Shown: positions 45,566 through 60,626, counted from the first letter of the whole stretch. The stretch is 63,122 bases of DNA, filler included, from Octopus bimaculoides (GCF_001194135.2; 5 parts of 4 records of this genome joined end to end with filler, not necessarily neighbours in it), one strand, 5' to 3'. A program made the numbers and translations. The notes: generated by a model not told the origin, from the letters alone.

Positions 45566-48221
45566 CTGTATTAGAGGGAAACTGGCCAAATCTTATTTCA
45601 TTCAGTGCATTTGAAAATTCCACTGGGCCTCATATATAAGGGATAATGAACTTATAAACAATTGATTAAGTGCAGCCTAATGTATTTAATATATAATGAG
45701 GCTATACTAATACCTGTAAGGAGATGAAAAGCCTTTAGTATTAATAATTCTTGTCAAAGAAGAGAGAGCTTCAAAGTTTATAGTAATTAAAAAATTAAAC
45801 TTCTGGGACATGCAGTGGGGAGTGAGTGTGGTAGTTATGGTGATAAGTCTGGAGATGCCTCAGCAAAGTACAGTCTTACACATCATCATTATCAACAACA
45901 ACACTGCTGCCAATACTGTCATCACTGCTGTCATCATTCACATTATCGTCATCATTATTATTTTCTTTATAACCACTTTTCCGTGCTGGCATAGAGTAGA
46001 TCTTTTGAAGCAGTGTTTATTGCCTCAAAATACCCTTCCTCACACTAAGAGAAGTTGCTTATAGATAAGCAGGGACATATTGTATTTTTCCTTAGGCACT
46101 CATCATCATCACTATCATCATTATCATTTAATGTCCGTTGTCCATGCTGGCATGGGTTGGATAGTTTGAGGATCTTTTCTATTTGGTCGCCAGTGGCTCC
46201 AAAAATTAAAGTTTACTGAAAATTTTAAAATTTGGCACAATAATGCACTTGCCCAAACTGAATTGCTGGAGTTATTTCATTTTTTCCAGAAAAATGTTTT
46301 TAAAAAGTTAAAGAGGTTTAAAGTTTGATCATATACCCTACTGATCATATTATATATACTTGTAGTGACTTTACGTAAGTAAGTCGCCTTTTGACTAAAT
46401 CAAATAAACCCCCAAAAACTATAAAATCATACATACAATAACACCTGTAACATTACAACTTATAAAATCTCTTCAGTCTGAATACCTTTACCTGCCCTCA
46501 CTACTTCCATACCTATTATCTACTCTTTTGGGGTTACCTTTATCTTTTCCCTGCCTCTAATTTTAAGCCCCTGTCTCTTTATATGTAGGTTATATGTATT
46601 TTTTATTATTTTCTATAAATTCTTATTTTGTTTTCTTATTTTGATATCCTTACTTATTAACCTCTTATCCCTTATAAATTGTTATTTTTCTTGTTCTTAA
46701 ATTGATATTTTTCAGTTACTTAAGTCTAGAGATATTTATACTATATCCATATAAATGTACAAATATTTGTGTATGTGTATATATGCATATATGTATGTGT
46801 GTGTATCTGTATGCATTTTTATACTTTTCTAATTCATGGCTTAAAATTAATAGATAGCATATATATCTTTCCAGTTATTCCATATGTAAATGTCTTGAGC
46901 AGTCTTTATAGTAACTATAAGTAATTAATAAGTAACTAATTAAGTACATGAATGGATATTAAATTGATTCTATGCAATCTTCCTTTTTAATGTTTATAAT
47001 TGATATATACACATCTTTTACCTATTTTGGTTATGATATCATTTTTGAAATTCTTAAATTTTATTTTTATACAACATAACAATATTGTTTATAAACATTG
47101 CCCCATAGTGCCCCTAAATGAAATTTCCTCTGTATTACATCTTAGGTTTCCTAGCATCTTGCCCCTTTAACTGGTAATTAACATCATGATTTAGAGTCTA
47201 CCCTACCCTGCCTCTTTTTATAGACAATTACTTATATCCAATTGACTAGTCCTAATGTCTTATTTCCTCCTTGGGGAAAAGGGATACATATGATAATATT
47301 TATGACCATACCTAGGCATGAGCTGTCAACTCACTCTTGTCCTTTATTCAAAATAGACACAGTCTTCTGGTCTTAGGTTTTGTAGTTTATAAAGAGATAA
47401 ATGAATTAGAAATGAATTACAACCCTGTAACCCCACGATGCTCCATGCGATTCTTAGAAGTTGTAGTCTATTCTTAGCTACAATAGCAACAACATGAATT
47501 TCTTCCATTTTCTAGCTCTGTTAAAATATCTAAGAAAAATTATATTAATGTGTCCTACTTGTTAAAACTCCATTTATTTATTTGTGCAGCTGAAGACAGC
47601 ACTGCATTTAAATTGATGTAATGATTGCATTGTTCAATTAAATGGAGTCACTTGACACGGTCATACTGTAATACTACTTGATATCCTGTTGCTTAGTTTG
47701 ATTCTATTCACCTTACTTTGAGCTGTGTGGATAATACCGGACTAACTTGGTGCTTCAACTTAAGTACCTACTTCAATTGAATGTCAATTATTTNNNNNNN
47801 NNNNNNNNNNNNNNNNNNTAAATATATAGTATTAGGGAAAAGAACCAAGGTTTATGAACTCATTGATGAAAATCCACTGTCACATATAGAAAAATTTTAT
47901 AATTAAAAGTACAATAAATAAGTATAATATAATACAAAGTAAATATCATAAGATCAAGATAACAAAATGACTACACGTGTTTCATAACCAATTTTCAAAT
48001 AGTAAGAAATTTAAATCGATTAAAATCAATTAAAACTATCGAAAATCAATTCTATTCAAAAATATAGCTAATCTTCAGGTCAAAATACAACAATAATAAT
48101 AAATGAATGTATATATCAACCAACAATAAATGACAAATGAATGTATATAAAATATTTATTATATAAAGATAGAAAAATATTATTAAAATATCAAAATAAT
48201 AAAATAATGGGCATGTTAATC

Positions 48222-48555
48222 ATCATCATCATCATCGTTTAACATCTGCTTTCCATGCAGATTTGACTAAGGACTGGCGAACCAGATGGCTGCACTAGGT
48301 TCCAATCTGATCAGGCAGAGTTTATACAGCTGGATGCCCTTCCTAACGCCAACCACTCCGAGAGTGTAGTGGGTGCTTTTATGTGCCACTGGCACGAGGG
48401 CCAATCAGGTAGTACTGACAACAGCCATGCTCAAATGGTGTTTTTTGCATGCCACCTGCACAGGAGCCAGTCAAACAGCACTGGCAACGACCTCACTTGA
48501 ATGCTTTTTCATGCCACCAGCACAAGTGCCAGTAAGGCAACGTTGGTAACGATGG
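48222..48555 (-). mobile_element. RTE-tail-type SINE/LINE 3' end with a (GAT)n tail
   Basis: (CAT)n, ggatgcccttcctaacgccaacc, and internal atgYgccacYNgcac subrepeats; a shorter relative lies at 46100-46170. Confidence 0.7.
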
Positions 48556-48867
48556 TAACAATATTTATAAATAGTTGGCTGTAATGTTAATTAATGTCTA
48601 TGTAAGTCTAATGGTTCCTTTCTTTTCAAATATATTAGCACGCATACGCACACAAAAAAAATAAAAACAAAAGACATATACACATATAACGGTTTTTTAA
48701 AAAAATATTAACTTGCACACGCACAAATAAATCTAACACATACACACATGCAAAAAATAAAAGCAAAAGCATATGCATATATAACGGTTATTTTTTTAAT
48801 AAATATTAACATGCACATGCATACATAAATATACAATTGTTGATATGTTGAGTCTGTTGATGATCAC

Positions 48868-48910
48868 CTGGTCAGTTGGGATGTGATTCCTTTTGTGTCT
48901 AATTTTCACT
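48868..48910 (-). CDS. Candidate 43-nt exon (phase 2-0)
   Basis: actcccacag|VKIRHKRNHIPTDQ|gtgatc; only one frame is open and it contains a furin-type RHKR; speculative. Confidence 0.35.
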
Positions 48911-49325
48911 CTGTGGGAGTATTTAACTCGCTACTTTCAAAATGCAATTTTAATTTATTAATTTGTAATTGAATGAATTGGATATGGAAACAATTGTAGG
49001 TAACAGAGAATTGAGAGTATGTTAATAAATTGATGTTTATCTGTTAAAACTCTCCATTTTCTTCTCATCACATACTACATTGAAATATACCTTATATATC
49101 GAACTGAAACAATCATTGAACTCTGTAATATACTTAATTGGTGCCTATTATTAAATAATAAATGTCAATACTATTAAGTGATACAGGAATCCTGAAAATT
49201 TCATCGATATATAAGATTAAACCGGGGAAACTTTGATGTTAATATCCCTTTCTAAGCGGTGTCTATAGCCTCAAAATATTATATATATATATATATATCT
49301 ATATATATATATATATATATATATA

Positions 49326-49691
49326 TTCTTTTACCTGTTTCAGTCATTTAACAATGGCCATGCTGGTGCACTGCCTCTAGTCGAACAAATTGACCCCAGG
49401 ACTTATTCTTTGTAAGCCTAGTACTTATTCTATTGATATCTTTTGCCGAACTGCTAAGTTATGGAGATTTAAACACATCAACATCAGTTGTCAAGCGATA
49501 GTAGGCGGACAAATACAGACATACAAATATATACATATACACACATATATATGACAGGCTTCTTTCAGTTTCTGTCTACCAAATCCACTCACAAGGCTTA
49601 GGTCGGCCCAAGACTATAGTAGAAGACACTTTCCCAAGGTGCCACACAGTGGGACTGAACCCGGAACCATGTGGTTCGTAAGCTAGCTACT
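49326..49691 (-). mobile_element. SINE family K
   Basis: Reverse complement of the full family-K unit. Confidence 0.9.
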
Positions 49692-50286
49692 TTATTTCAT
49701 TTCAATTTGCCATAAAGGCAGTACACAGAGAGTAGCTACGGGCTGGACAAAAACATTAATGAGATGAAATGGATGATAAATATGATGGTATAATGAGAGA
49801 NNNNNNNNNNNNNNNNNNNNNNNNNNNNNNNNNNNNNNNNNNNNTTAATTAATTAANNNNNNNNNNNNNNNNNNNNNNNNNNNNNNNNNNNNNNNNNNNN
49901 TATATATATTTTCTCTATCTCTCTCTATCTCCACTCCTCAGTATCAAAGATCAATTTGATACGGGTCCATTAAAACAGCGTTCGTAAAAACCCACTCTCC
50001 CCTTGTTGCCTTCTTTCCTACCTTTGTCCTACTTACATCACCGCTCCCAATTCTTTCTCCTCCCCCACCTTACTTTCTTCATCCAATTTTCTTCTACCTC
50101 TCCTGTCTTTTTTTTTCCTTTTCTTCTCTTTCTTCTCTTTTTCTTCATCCTTTTCTTAAACATGCGTATTTATACATATGCATATGCAAACTGACGCATG
50201 TATACGCGTGTGCATACAATATTTTTTGTACGTGTTTGCATAATTCTATGTATGCGTGGATATTTCTATGTGTTTGTATGTAGATA

Positions 50287-51185
50287 TTAGGTCATTAAGA
50301 ATGAAATGCCTGATTTTGATCTGAAAGTGCATTTTACTTTATCGCAACAAAAGCAATTGCCATTAATGAAAGTATGCACATAAAGTATGCAGACAATTTT
50401 GCCATTTTATCGGTAGCTTATTTATGCTGGCAGCGAAAAATTCTGGAGAGCAAGAAGTGATGAAATCACGAAAGGCTGTTTTTACATCTTCAGATTTAAA
50501 GTTTTTCCTTGCAAAAAGTTGTCTGATGCCTGGAAAATGTGATAGTCAGTTGGTGCAACGTATGATGGATATGGTGGATGACAGAGTACTTCCAAGTTCA
50601 GATCCTGTAACTTGAGGTGCGTTCTTTGTGCAACATGTGGTCGAGCATTGTCTTCCAAGAGAATTAGCTTGCCTCTATTGACCAATCTCTATTGACCGAT
50701 CATTTCATCCAATTAGTTAATGTATACATCCTTACTAATTGACGTGGATGACACCAGCGCTGGACCACCAAACAGACACTATTAACTTTTTGGGGAGAAT
50801 ATTCTTTTTTGAATTATGTTTTGCCACTTCGTCTCTATCCAACCACCGTGCAGAAGGCTTGATGTTGTCGAAAAGAATCCATTTTTCATCACGCATAACA
50901 ATACGATGCAGAAATGTTTCGGTTTTATGCCGTGAAAGCAAAGAACTGCAAGTTTCAAGACGACGTGTCAATTGATGCTCGTTTAGTTCGTCTGGAATCC
51001 ATTTATCCAGCTTCTTTACCTTGCCAATTTGTATCAGATGGTCCAATACAGGTGGAATCGAAACAACAAACATTGCTGCTAACTCGCGCGTAGTTTGAGA
51101 TGTATCCGCTTCCACTACAGTTTCCCGCTCATCATTATCCACCTTGGTCTCAGGTCTATCACGGGGCCTATTTTCAAGAGTAAGG
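50287..51185 (-). mobile_element. mariner (DD34D) transposon relic with internal deletion
   Basis: KKLDKWIPDELNE, HRIVMRDEKWILFDN, VSVWWS, EDNARPHVA, HPPYPSYVAPTDYHIF; TA|TTAGGTC terminus at 50285-50293. The segment between the first and second catalytic Asp is largely missing (50685-50735 junction). Confidence 0.93.
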
Positions 51186-51199
51186 TCACCAGACCGGAA

Positions 51200-51411
51200 C
51201 TACTATTTTTGTCTGTCTATGCGTGTGTGTTTTTGTTTCCGCATGTTTCTCTCTCCACTGTTAACAACCGGTGTGGGTTTGTTTACGTACACGTAACTTA
51301 ACGGCTCGGCAAAAGATACCGATGATAAAAGTTCCAGTCTTGAAAATAAAATTAACTTCAATAAAATTATTCGAGGTCGCAGTCTGATGAATGAAACCAG
51401 TAAAAGATAAA

Positions 51412-51412
<1 letters not shown>
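51200..51412 (+). mobile_element. SINE family K (3' part, diverged)
   Basis: caaccggtgtgggtttgtttacgtacacgtaactta.cggctcggcaaaaga.accgat...gaaaccagtaaaag. Confidence 0.78.
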
Positions 51413-51448
<36 letters not shown>

Positions 51449-51453
51449 TTTGT

Positions 51454-51486
<33 letters not shown>

Positions 51487-51736
51487 NNNNNNNNNNNNNN
51501 NNNNNNNNNNNNNNNNNNNNNNNNNNNNNNNNNNNNNNNNNNNNNNNNNNNNNNNNNNNNNNNNNNNNNNNNNNNNNNNNNNNNNNNNNNNNNNNNNNNN
51601 NNNNNNNNNNNNNNNNNNNNNNNNNNNNNNNNNNNNNNNNNNNNNNNNNNNNNNNNNNNNNNNNNNNNNNNNNNNNNNNNNNNNNNNNNNNNNNNNNNNN
51701 NNNNNNNNNNNNNNNNNNNNNNNNNNNNNNNNNNNN

Positions 51737-51798
<62 letters not shown>

Positions 51799-52845
51799 AC
51801 ATGACAGTATTATTCTGATTCCTATCTTAAATTGTTTTTCAGTTTCGTAAGTCTTTTGCTTTACGTTTGAAACAACACATTTCCGATATTCATCATGAAG
51901 AATTCTCGGCATCTTCAGAATGTAAAATTTCCTTGGCATATGTAACAACCACACGTATATAGACGGCCAATAGGATGCATATTGAACTAACATGCAGAAT
52001 TTGAAGCATGACGTTTAGCTTTCAAATATTTATTCTGTTAGTGTCAGAATGGAAGGATATGTTACCGTTAATGGACTCTTTCGGTTTTTCTTTTAAGTTT
52101 CTGTTCCTTTTCTGAAGCATAGCATAATGTACTGCAAATATGAATAACTAAAACAAGCATCAAATAACCTGTGTAATTTATCGTTTGCTTTGCAAATGCT
52201 AACGCAATAAACTTCATAATCCCAATTGTTGCATTGGGCATACGTTTTCGACACAGTCTCCTGGAATTACCACGGATCAATCGCAATGCATGACACTCAG
52301 CTACACGAAACGAAAACTTAGGTAAATAGATTTAAGCTGATAACGGATCCATACTCTAAATAAAAGATTCTTCACTAAAAACAGAATATCAGCCATAGAA
52401 ACTTGACACATAGGAGAAGAAGAGGACAAAATATACCCACAAAAAGCAGATGCAAGTGACAAAAACGATTTAGTAACAATAGACAAATAGATTTAATAGA
52501 TTGAAATACAAATCCCGTTCAATGCTACCACATATCACACCTGCCAACAATAAAAGAGGTTACTACGCAGAACAAAAATAATTCACGGCCCGAAGATAGT
52601 ATCGTGAAGCCGAGAGATGAGGATGTTTATTTCGAGAACGTCATTCTTCCAAACAAATGGAAAAGTATTAATAGGAAAATATGCAGAACGCCTAATATAT
52701 GTAAAAAACAAAACATAAAGTTTCTCTCAATAAAACTTGTCCTAAATATGCTGTCCTACATAACAAATGTGTATATAAGCAGTGTGTGAGCGAGAGGGGA
52801 AGAGAGAGTGAAAGAGGGACATAGAGAAAAGCACAAATACATACA

Positions 52846-52932
<87 letters not shown>

Positions 52933-52953
52933 GTGTGTGTGATGATGATGATG

Positions 52954-52984
<31 letters not shown>

Positions 52985-52992
52985 TAATAGTA

Positions 52993-53050
<58 letters not shown>

Positions 53051-53469
53051 TGATAAAAACCTCCAACTGGACAGACAAACGAACATCTCGAGAAAACTTA
53101 AAAGCCTTAATATATTACCCAAACACACTTTTTATTGCAGCAACACAATTGAATCCAGAAATTTAAAAAATTCAACGACGTGAATATCAGTATANNNNNN
53201 NNNNNNNNNNNNNNNNNNNNNNNNNNNNNNNNNNNNNNNNNNNNNNNNNNNNNNNNNNNNNNNNNNNNNNNNNNNNNNNNNNNNNNNNNNNNNNNNNNNN
53301 NNNNNNNNNNNNNNNNNNNNNNNNNNNNNNNNNNNNNNNNNNNNNNNNNNNNNNNNNNNNNNNNNNNNNNNNNNTATATATATATATATATATATATATT
53401 ATTATTATTATTATTAATTATTACTATTGTTTTTTTCTCTGCTAGTAATTACAAATAGAACAGGTTGAA

Positions 53470-54290
53470 TTGCTTCTTTTCAAGCCTCTCCATGTCCTGA
53501 TTAATGATACATCTAGAGATCGTGTCACAATAAAAACACTGGTAATTGCCCAACCTGATAATCGCTACCTCATTTGAGTGACAATGGAAAAACAAAATAC
53601 TGTGAATAACGGTGGTAATGAAACTGAAGCCCTTGACGTTGACTGTGTTACACCCGGCAGGCTCAGAAATTCTGGTCAGGCTCCAGCCTGTGGATATCCA
53701 GAAAAGGACCACCACACACGGCGTAGATGGAGCAACCAAATTAATGCTGTGGTCATAGAGTGTTACTACCTGAGCGAACCGGTAGATGAATACGGTGCTC
53801 AAATTAGGGGTTACCGACAACGTATGTATGATCATTGGAGAGAAAAGGGATTGTTTTAATTCACAGAACAGAGACTATGTGATCAAGCTAGAACAATAAG
53901 AAAAAAATGTTGGTTCACAGAAGTAGAGCTCGTAGCTATCAAGAGACGTGTCATGGAAAATAACTGCAGAGATAACAATGAAAATATAGTTCTTAATCTT
54001 AAGTGTAATTTCATAGTGCCGGAAAAGAACTGTGGTAGTTTACTTGATGAGAGACTTATAGATGGTCTAAAAGAAGACAATAAAACTAATGGCGACATAA
54101 CACATGAACAAAAGGCAATCTATGACGGAATAAAGGCAAGACTACAGGAGAACGATAGCGACATTATTTGCAACCTTAAAAAGGTGGTTCGATGGAAATT
54201 GAACCAATAAACTAAAACTGTCAATGAAATTCTGAAATACATCAAAACAAGCAACATCACAGAAACAAATAATTTGAAAAAAACGACAAA
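53470..54290 (+). mobile_element. R4/Dong-like LINE, 5'/N-terminal fragment
   Basis: RRRWSNQINAVVIECYYLSEP..GYRQRMYDHWREKGLF*FTEQRLCDQARTIRKK.WF...EL (N-terminal domain typical of this group). Confidence 0.85.
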
Positions 54291-55122
54291 TGTGTAAACA
54301 TGTAAAACTAAGTGAATGCAATAATGTTGCAAAATGCCGGGTTCTTTTGGGTACCCCTTCGTATACACATAAGCGTATTTATATTCATTCTTCAATGTAT
54401 GCATGTTACCGAAAATACAATCGTTACACCTTATGTATGTACAGATATAAAAGCTAAACTTTCAAAATAAGTCCAACAAGGAATTTTTAAGATGGGTAGT
54501 AATCATGATACACTAGTATAATTTGAAGCTTATGAATAAGAAATTATATTGTGGGATGCATAGTATAATTCGTTTTAAATTAGTCGCAGTTTCTAATTTT
54601 AAACTATTAAATGTTTTTATAAGCACGACTTAAAATGACTTCGTATTTCACTAGGTTATTTCTGCGTGTATATCGTGGATAAATTCGTATGTATAAAGCC
54701 CAAACTCACGTCTCTTAGTTTTATATATTGGAAAACTGTTTATAATAATGCATCCTAGTTGGAAGGGAATCTCCCTTAATGTTTAAATTGCATATATATT
54801 CTGCTAATGATATATCAGCTTTTATACTTTGAAATGTAGATATGTGTGCCGAGAATCCTATCTTTAAAATATTTGATGTTGAACAAATGTAATATTTTAA
54901 TATTTTCTGTTTCTATTTGTTGTTAGTTTACAAATATAGATTGCAGATATCATTGAGCAATGTTTAAGGTGATATTTCATAGTAAATCCACAGCTATAAT
55001 TAGGTGGATTAATTTTAGAAAAAATTATGCAGAACATTATCTGTTGTAATGCTATTCGGTCAAATCCTCCCCGGAGTAGTTAGGACATCTCTGTCGTTAT
55101 TAACGGGCTAATCATTAACAGT

Positions 55123-55506
55123 GGAGGCGCAATGGCTCAAAGGTTAGGGCAGCGGATTCGCGGTCATAGGATTGCGGTTTCGATTCCTAGACCGGGCGTT
55201 GTGAGTGTTTATTGAGCGAAAACACCGAAAGCTCCACGAGGCTCCGGCAGGGTTTGGTGGCGAACCCTGCTGTACTCTTTCACCATAACTTTCTCTCACT
55301 CTTACTTCCCGTTTCTCTTGTGCCTGTAATTCAAAGGGTCAGCTTTGTCACACTGTGTCACTCTGAATATCCCCAAGAACTACGTTAATGGTACACGTGT
55401 CTGTGGAGTGCTCAGTCACTTGCACGTTAATTTCACGAGCAGGCTGTTTCGTTGATCGGATCAACTGGAACCCTCGACGTCGTAAGCGACTGAGTACCAA
55501 CAACAA
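55123..55506 (+). mobile_element. tRNA(Arg)-like SINE family R
   Basis: Aligns end to end with 31923-32312. Confidence 0.92.
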
Positions 55507-56663
55507 TCATTAACAGAAAGTTCGAATTCGGTTTCGATGTTGTATTTGATTTGCAAGATTCTTTATCTGAATTCATATGTTGCATCACATTTTGTTGTGT
55601 CTTGGAAGACTCTTTTGAAATTTCCGTATTATTGCAATTATGTTTGCTCATATTAATAATGCTAATAGGATAACGGGCTACAGGAAGTCGCTCGCTATTA
55701 AGTATGATAATTTTGGCATTAATGTAAGTAACATAAGTAATTTGTTACGCATATTCTGTAAACGGCTTACGCACCCATTACTTAATTAGAATGAGGTTTG
55801 TTTGTCAATATTACTACTTTCTTGTAGATGTAGGGTAAGGTCTACACGTCTACTGTTATATATAAAGTAATTAGTTGTGGACTGAGAATTAGTATTCCGA
55901 ATTACTTGCGGATTACAGCTATTATTCGAATGTGTAAAAGCATTCATAAATGATTTCTAATTAGGCTTATTTTCATGCTATTCAGTAATGTTAGAATTAA
56001 TGTTAGGAATGATTGATCAATTGATATTAAGTTTTACGTTAGTCGTTATAGAGAATAAGTGATTAAACGTATCTATTCAGATGAATACACACGCACATCC
56101 ATATATATTTATACTTTCTATACATACACAGATGTACGCACACACATACATGCATGAATGTTCGGGTGAATATATATATATATATANNNNNNNNNNNNNN
56201 NNNNNNNNNNNNNNNNNNNNNNNNNNNNNNNNNNNNNNNNNNNNNNNNNNNNNNNNNNNNNNNNNNNNNNNNNNNNNNNNNNNNNNNNNNNNNNNNNNNN
56301 NNNNNNNNNNNNNNNNNNNNNNNNNNNNNNNNNNNNNNNNNNNNNNNNNNNNNNNNNNNNNNNNNNNNNNNNNNNNNNNNNNNNNNNNNNNNNNNNNNNN
56401 NNNNNNNNNNNNNNNNNNNNNNNNNNNNNNNNNNNNNNNNNNNNNNNNNNNNNNNNNNNNNNNNNNNNNNNNNNNNNNNNNNNNNNNNNNNNNNNNNNNN
56501 NNNNNNNNNNNNNNNNNNNNNNNNNNNNNNNNNNNNNNNNNNNNNNNNNNNNNNNNNNNNNNNNNNNNNNNNNNNNNNNNNNNNNNNNNNNNNNNNNNNN
56601 NNNNNNNNNNNNNNNNNNNNNNNNNNNNNNNNNNTATATATATTTATATATATATTTATATAT

Positions 56664-56905
56664 GGGATAATTTACGAAAAAATCTACAGACGTAGACAGG
56701 TGGTGTAAACAACAAATGGATGTATTATTTTAACGCTCGGTAAGAGAGGAAGGCTTTGACGTTTCGTGCAATGCTCTTCAACTGAAAGGAACACAGAAAG
56801 AAATAAGAAGAGAAACAAGGAGAATAAAAATATGAATGTAGTGGTCAGCGATCTATCATAGCGAATGCCGGACAGATAGATAAATATAAGAAGGGTGCTG
56901 AACAA
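56664..56905 (-). mobile_element. pLTR-like repeat family C, second copy, ending at (AT)n
   Basis: acagacg..gacaggtggtgtaaa.aacaaa.ggat.tatta...acgctcgg..ctttgacgtttcg..gctcttcaac aligns with 9911-10082. Confidence 0.78.
56753..56789 (-). ncRNA. Degenerate hammerhead motif (family C)
   Basis: Minus strand: CCTTT CAGTTGA A GAGC-ATT-GCAC GAA ACGT C / AAAGC. Confidence 0.5.
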
Positions 56906-56961
56906 TTCCTAGCATTAAGGGCGTCGCTAAAGGCCTGGTTGGAGGCCCAATTTTCCGAGTT

Positions 56962-56994
<33 letters not shown>

Positions 56995-56997
<3 letters not shown>

Positions 56998-58200
56998 CTG
57001 CAGCTATCGAAAAACAGTCCTTTTTGAATATGGCCCAGAAGATAGTACAGCAGCTGACATGGGTGCACAGGATGCAAGCTCAAAGCCATGCATTCCAATG
57101 CACAAGACCGCCTCAGGCGCAGGACGTCTACCACTAACGCCTACAGAGAAAAGAGAAAGAAGCTACGGTGGAGCTGCTATGTACATCTGTGAAGATGTCA
57201 CACCTCTTGTGTTACTGTCACATTCAAACTCAGTTTGCGACATCATAATAGTGCATACAAAGCAAACTGATGTAGCTGTTTGCACAATATATAGTCCGCC
57301 GAATACCACAAACTATGATGGAAAATTTAAGGATAGCCTCAAACATATGGAAGAGTTATTAATAAACCTAGATCAGAATATCAACATACTCTTCTCGGGT
57401 GATTTCAACCGCCCACATGTCAAATGGACAGAAGGCCACATCCTCTCTGGGATGTTACTGCATGAACAAAAGTATGTAGAGTCATTTGAGCCTACTAATA
57501 AGCTGTTCATGGAGCAGATGATACTCAGGCCAACCAGGAGAAACAACATATCGGACCTTTGCTTCACAAATAATGTGGACCTTATCCATAAGGTGAAGGT
57601 GACACCACCGGTACACTCAGATCAGAACATTGCTGAACCAACTATGCATGGCCCTGTGCGAACTGTTCGGATTTACCCTATCAACGTAAAGACTTATCCA
57701 ACCTGAATTTCCATAAGGCAACATGGGACTCAATCCGCAAAGAGATCCACAAACGAAACTGGTCCAACATTCTGTGTATGCAAGACACTGACCTGAAACT
57801 CAGCCATTTTATGTCAATAGTGCAATCTATATGCACTAAAGTGATCCTAGAAAGAAAGGCCAATATACTGTCAAACAAGATTCCGAGGGACAGAAAAATC
57901 CACATGAGACGCAGGTCAAAGATCTCAAAGCGGCTGAATAGGCAACTGAAGGATAGAGGGAAGTCTATCTTAACACAATACAATATATAATAGGATCATT
58001 GTTCTAAGGGAATGACTCACTGACGGCGAACCCAGGGCGGATAAATGAGATACTCAATGAACAAATTAAAACTGACATCACTTCCCCACTTGGACATATA
58101 CAGATAAAAAAATCCAGCTGAATTCTTTGATATTGCAGCTCTAAGAAAAGGAGGCATAGTGTTTTTTCAGGTGCAGCTTTACAGCGTTGCGCCTGAAATA
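56995..58200 (+). mobile_element. CR1/L2-like LINE ORF2 fragment (apurinic endonuclease)
   Basis: RERSYGGAAMY, TIYSPP, LFSGDFNRPHVKW, RPTRRNNISDLCFTN, HSDQN, then LNFHKATW; frameshifted. Confidence 0.9.
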
Positions 58201-60380
58201 ACGTGGCTGCTAGTTGAGCTTCTTAACCATGCAACCATATGTAATCAATATCTTTATGAATAAATATTTACATAAAACAATTGAGAGAATTGCAAAAATA
58301 GAAGTGAAAAATGTAAATGTTAAAAGGAAAACAATTGAAATTTAAATCCCACGTAGACAAATGCAGAGGGAACAATTCCGTACATAGTAGCACCCACACA
58401 CACACGCACACACACACGCACACGAGCTCGCACGTGGGAATACATATACATACACACATGCACATGTACACACATGCACATGTACACACATATATAACTG
58501 TATACCAAAGAACGAATGGAAACCATACTAAGATTACGTTATTATACAGTATGAAACTATATAACTACGTTTTCTTAGTCATTCTGAATATTAATAAAAT
58601 ATGTGACTAAGCTCAACGTTCTTATATTGAGATTAATTAAAAGTGACGTCGAAAACAGATCTGTCCTCCAGAAAACTGGTTTGCGAAACCAGAAAATCAA
58701 CGTTGTGATGGACTGTAACCTTAGATTGAATAGATAACTGTTACACCCTGCTACATACATATCAATGCACACGCAAATAGCCTCGTATATATCACACATG
58801 TGAAGCAAATCACATATGTATACACTCACAAAAACACATGTACCCAGAAACACAAACGCATTTTTACCTTCGTACATACAAACGTTTATACTCAGTCATG
58901 GACATGTGGCTGAAATGTTAGGGTGTTGCGCATGTGTTCTGAAATATGGCTCTCATTAACGTTCCATTTTAATCTACTCAGCAACCAGTGACTGTTAAAA
59001 TTAGCCCTGCAACAGATTTTCGTGATTAACACACCTACAACATATACAGTGAAGCGTTCGTTTGTTGATATGTTGACCAAAATAAAACATATTAATTGTT
59101 AGAGTTATTAATATTATACATGAGTGTGCATGTGAACGTGTGTGTAATTTATAATGTGCATAGTTATAATATAATAGAATATTCTAAACCAAAATAAAAC
59201 TTGTCAATATCAAACACAGTAACCTGGGCATTCAATATACCAATGTAACTGAAACTGAGGGAAGCAATATATTTACCATATCAATGTCTATGTTTCAATA
59301 TTTCGTGTTTTATCTTCAGTAGCCTCTCACTTTGTCTCTCTCCCTCCCCCTCTCTCTGTTTCTTAGTAATTGTCTCTCTCAGACCATCCCTCCCCCTCCC
59401 CTCCCCTCTCTCTGTTTCTTAGTAATTGTCTGTCTCCGTTTATTTCTACTACAAATAACTGATTGAACAATCTTTTACAAACCCAATTTCCAAACTATAG
59501 TGGAAAACTAAACAACTATATTGTCTGAGAAAACTTATAATATCCATCAAGAAATGATATTTGTGTCGCAAAAAAAAAAGAAAAAGAAAGAAGCCGAAGC
59601 GTTTCACATCTCCATTTATACAATTGTTACAATTTTCATAATTTATATGGATGATTACTATTCGTCCAATCGTTTCATATATATATTATTTTTGAATAAA
59701 CCAGATAGATATATATTCAATATACCCGCTAAATAGGACACCATTTTGTTTTACTCATCTTATCGACTGAAATTTATTTCCAATAGTTTTCTTTAAATTG
59801 TAAGATATATAACCGCATCAACAAATTATAAAGGAAATAATTAGGAGCATAATTGTTGATTTACTATTATCGGTATTATACTTATTTACTATGGTTGATT
59901 TCTGTCCTACTATTTTAATTTATATATAATGAATTAAACGAACGAACGAATCACTATATCGCTGCATTTCAAATAAAGATACTTGCAAAGAAGCATATTC
60001 TGTAATGGTATTGGAATATAAGACAAAGCATAATCTAAGATTAAAAGCAATTTTCTCAAGGTCTCGTGTTTATGTTTCACCAATCTACTAATACAAAGAC
60101 AGATTCTTTCTTTCTATCTTTCAGATCTTTGATTCTATGTCTCATTCTCTATTTCACTCTCACACTACTTCTGCCTCTACCTCACTCTCAAACAGAACCA
60201 GCCACACAAACATGTGCGCACGCACTCGTGCACACACATACACATGCACATACTACACACACATTATATATATATATATANNNNNNNNNNNNNNNNNNNN
60301 NNNNNNNNNNNNNNNNNNNNNNNNTTAATTAATTAANNNNNNNNNNNNNNNNNNNNNNNNNNNNNNNNNNNNNNNNNNNN

Positions 60381-60440
<60 letters not shown>

Positions 60441-60626
60441 GTGTGGGTCTAGTGATGTTTGTAATAATCCAAGGATGTAATTTCATAAAAATTCTAATGC
60501 ATCACTACGCATGTATCCACAACTTGTGACTACAATCCGCATTCATACGATGATTTTAATATAATTTGTAATATACATGGATATTACGGTGAGTCGTTAT
60601 TCATGCACTAATTTTATCAGGTGATA

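Noticed and set aside
46050-46115. Minus-strand DDDECLRKNTICPC resembling a cbEGF start
   Set aside because: The DDD comes from a (CAT)n tail of a repeat; there is no acceptor, the Cys spacing is wrong and a stop follows.
47965-48005. Minus-strand TTGAAAA..GAA ACACGTGT A motif resembling a hammerhead
   Set aside because: The palindromic stem III is present, but stems I and II cannot be paired in this copy; single occurrence.
59350-59433. Short local duplication ctctctctgtttcttagtaattgtct
   Set aside because: Two copies in a CT-rich tract; ordinary slippage duplication.
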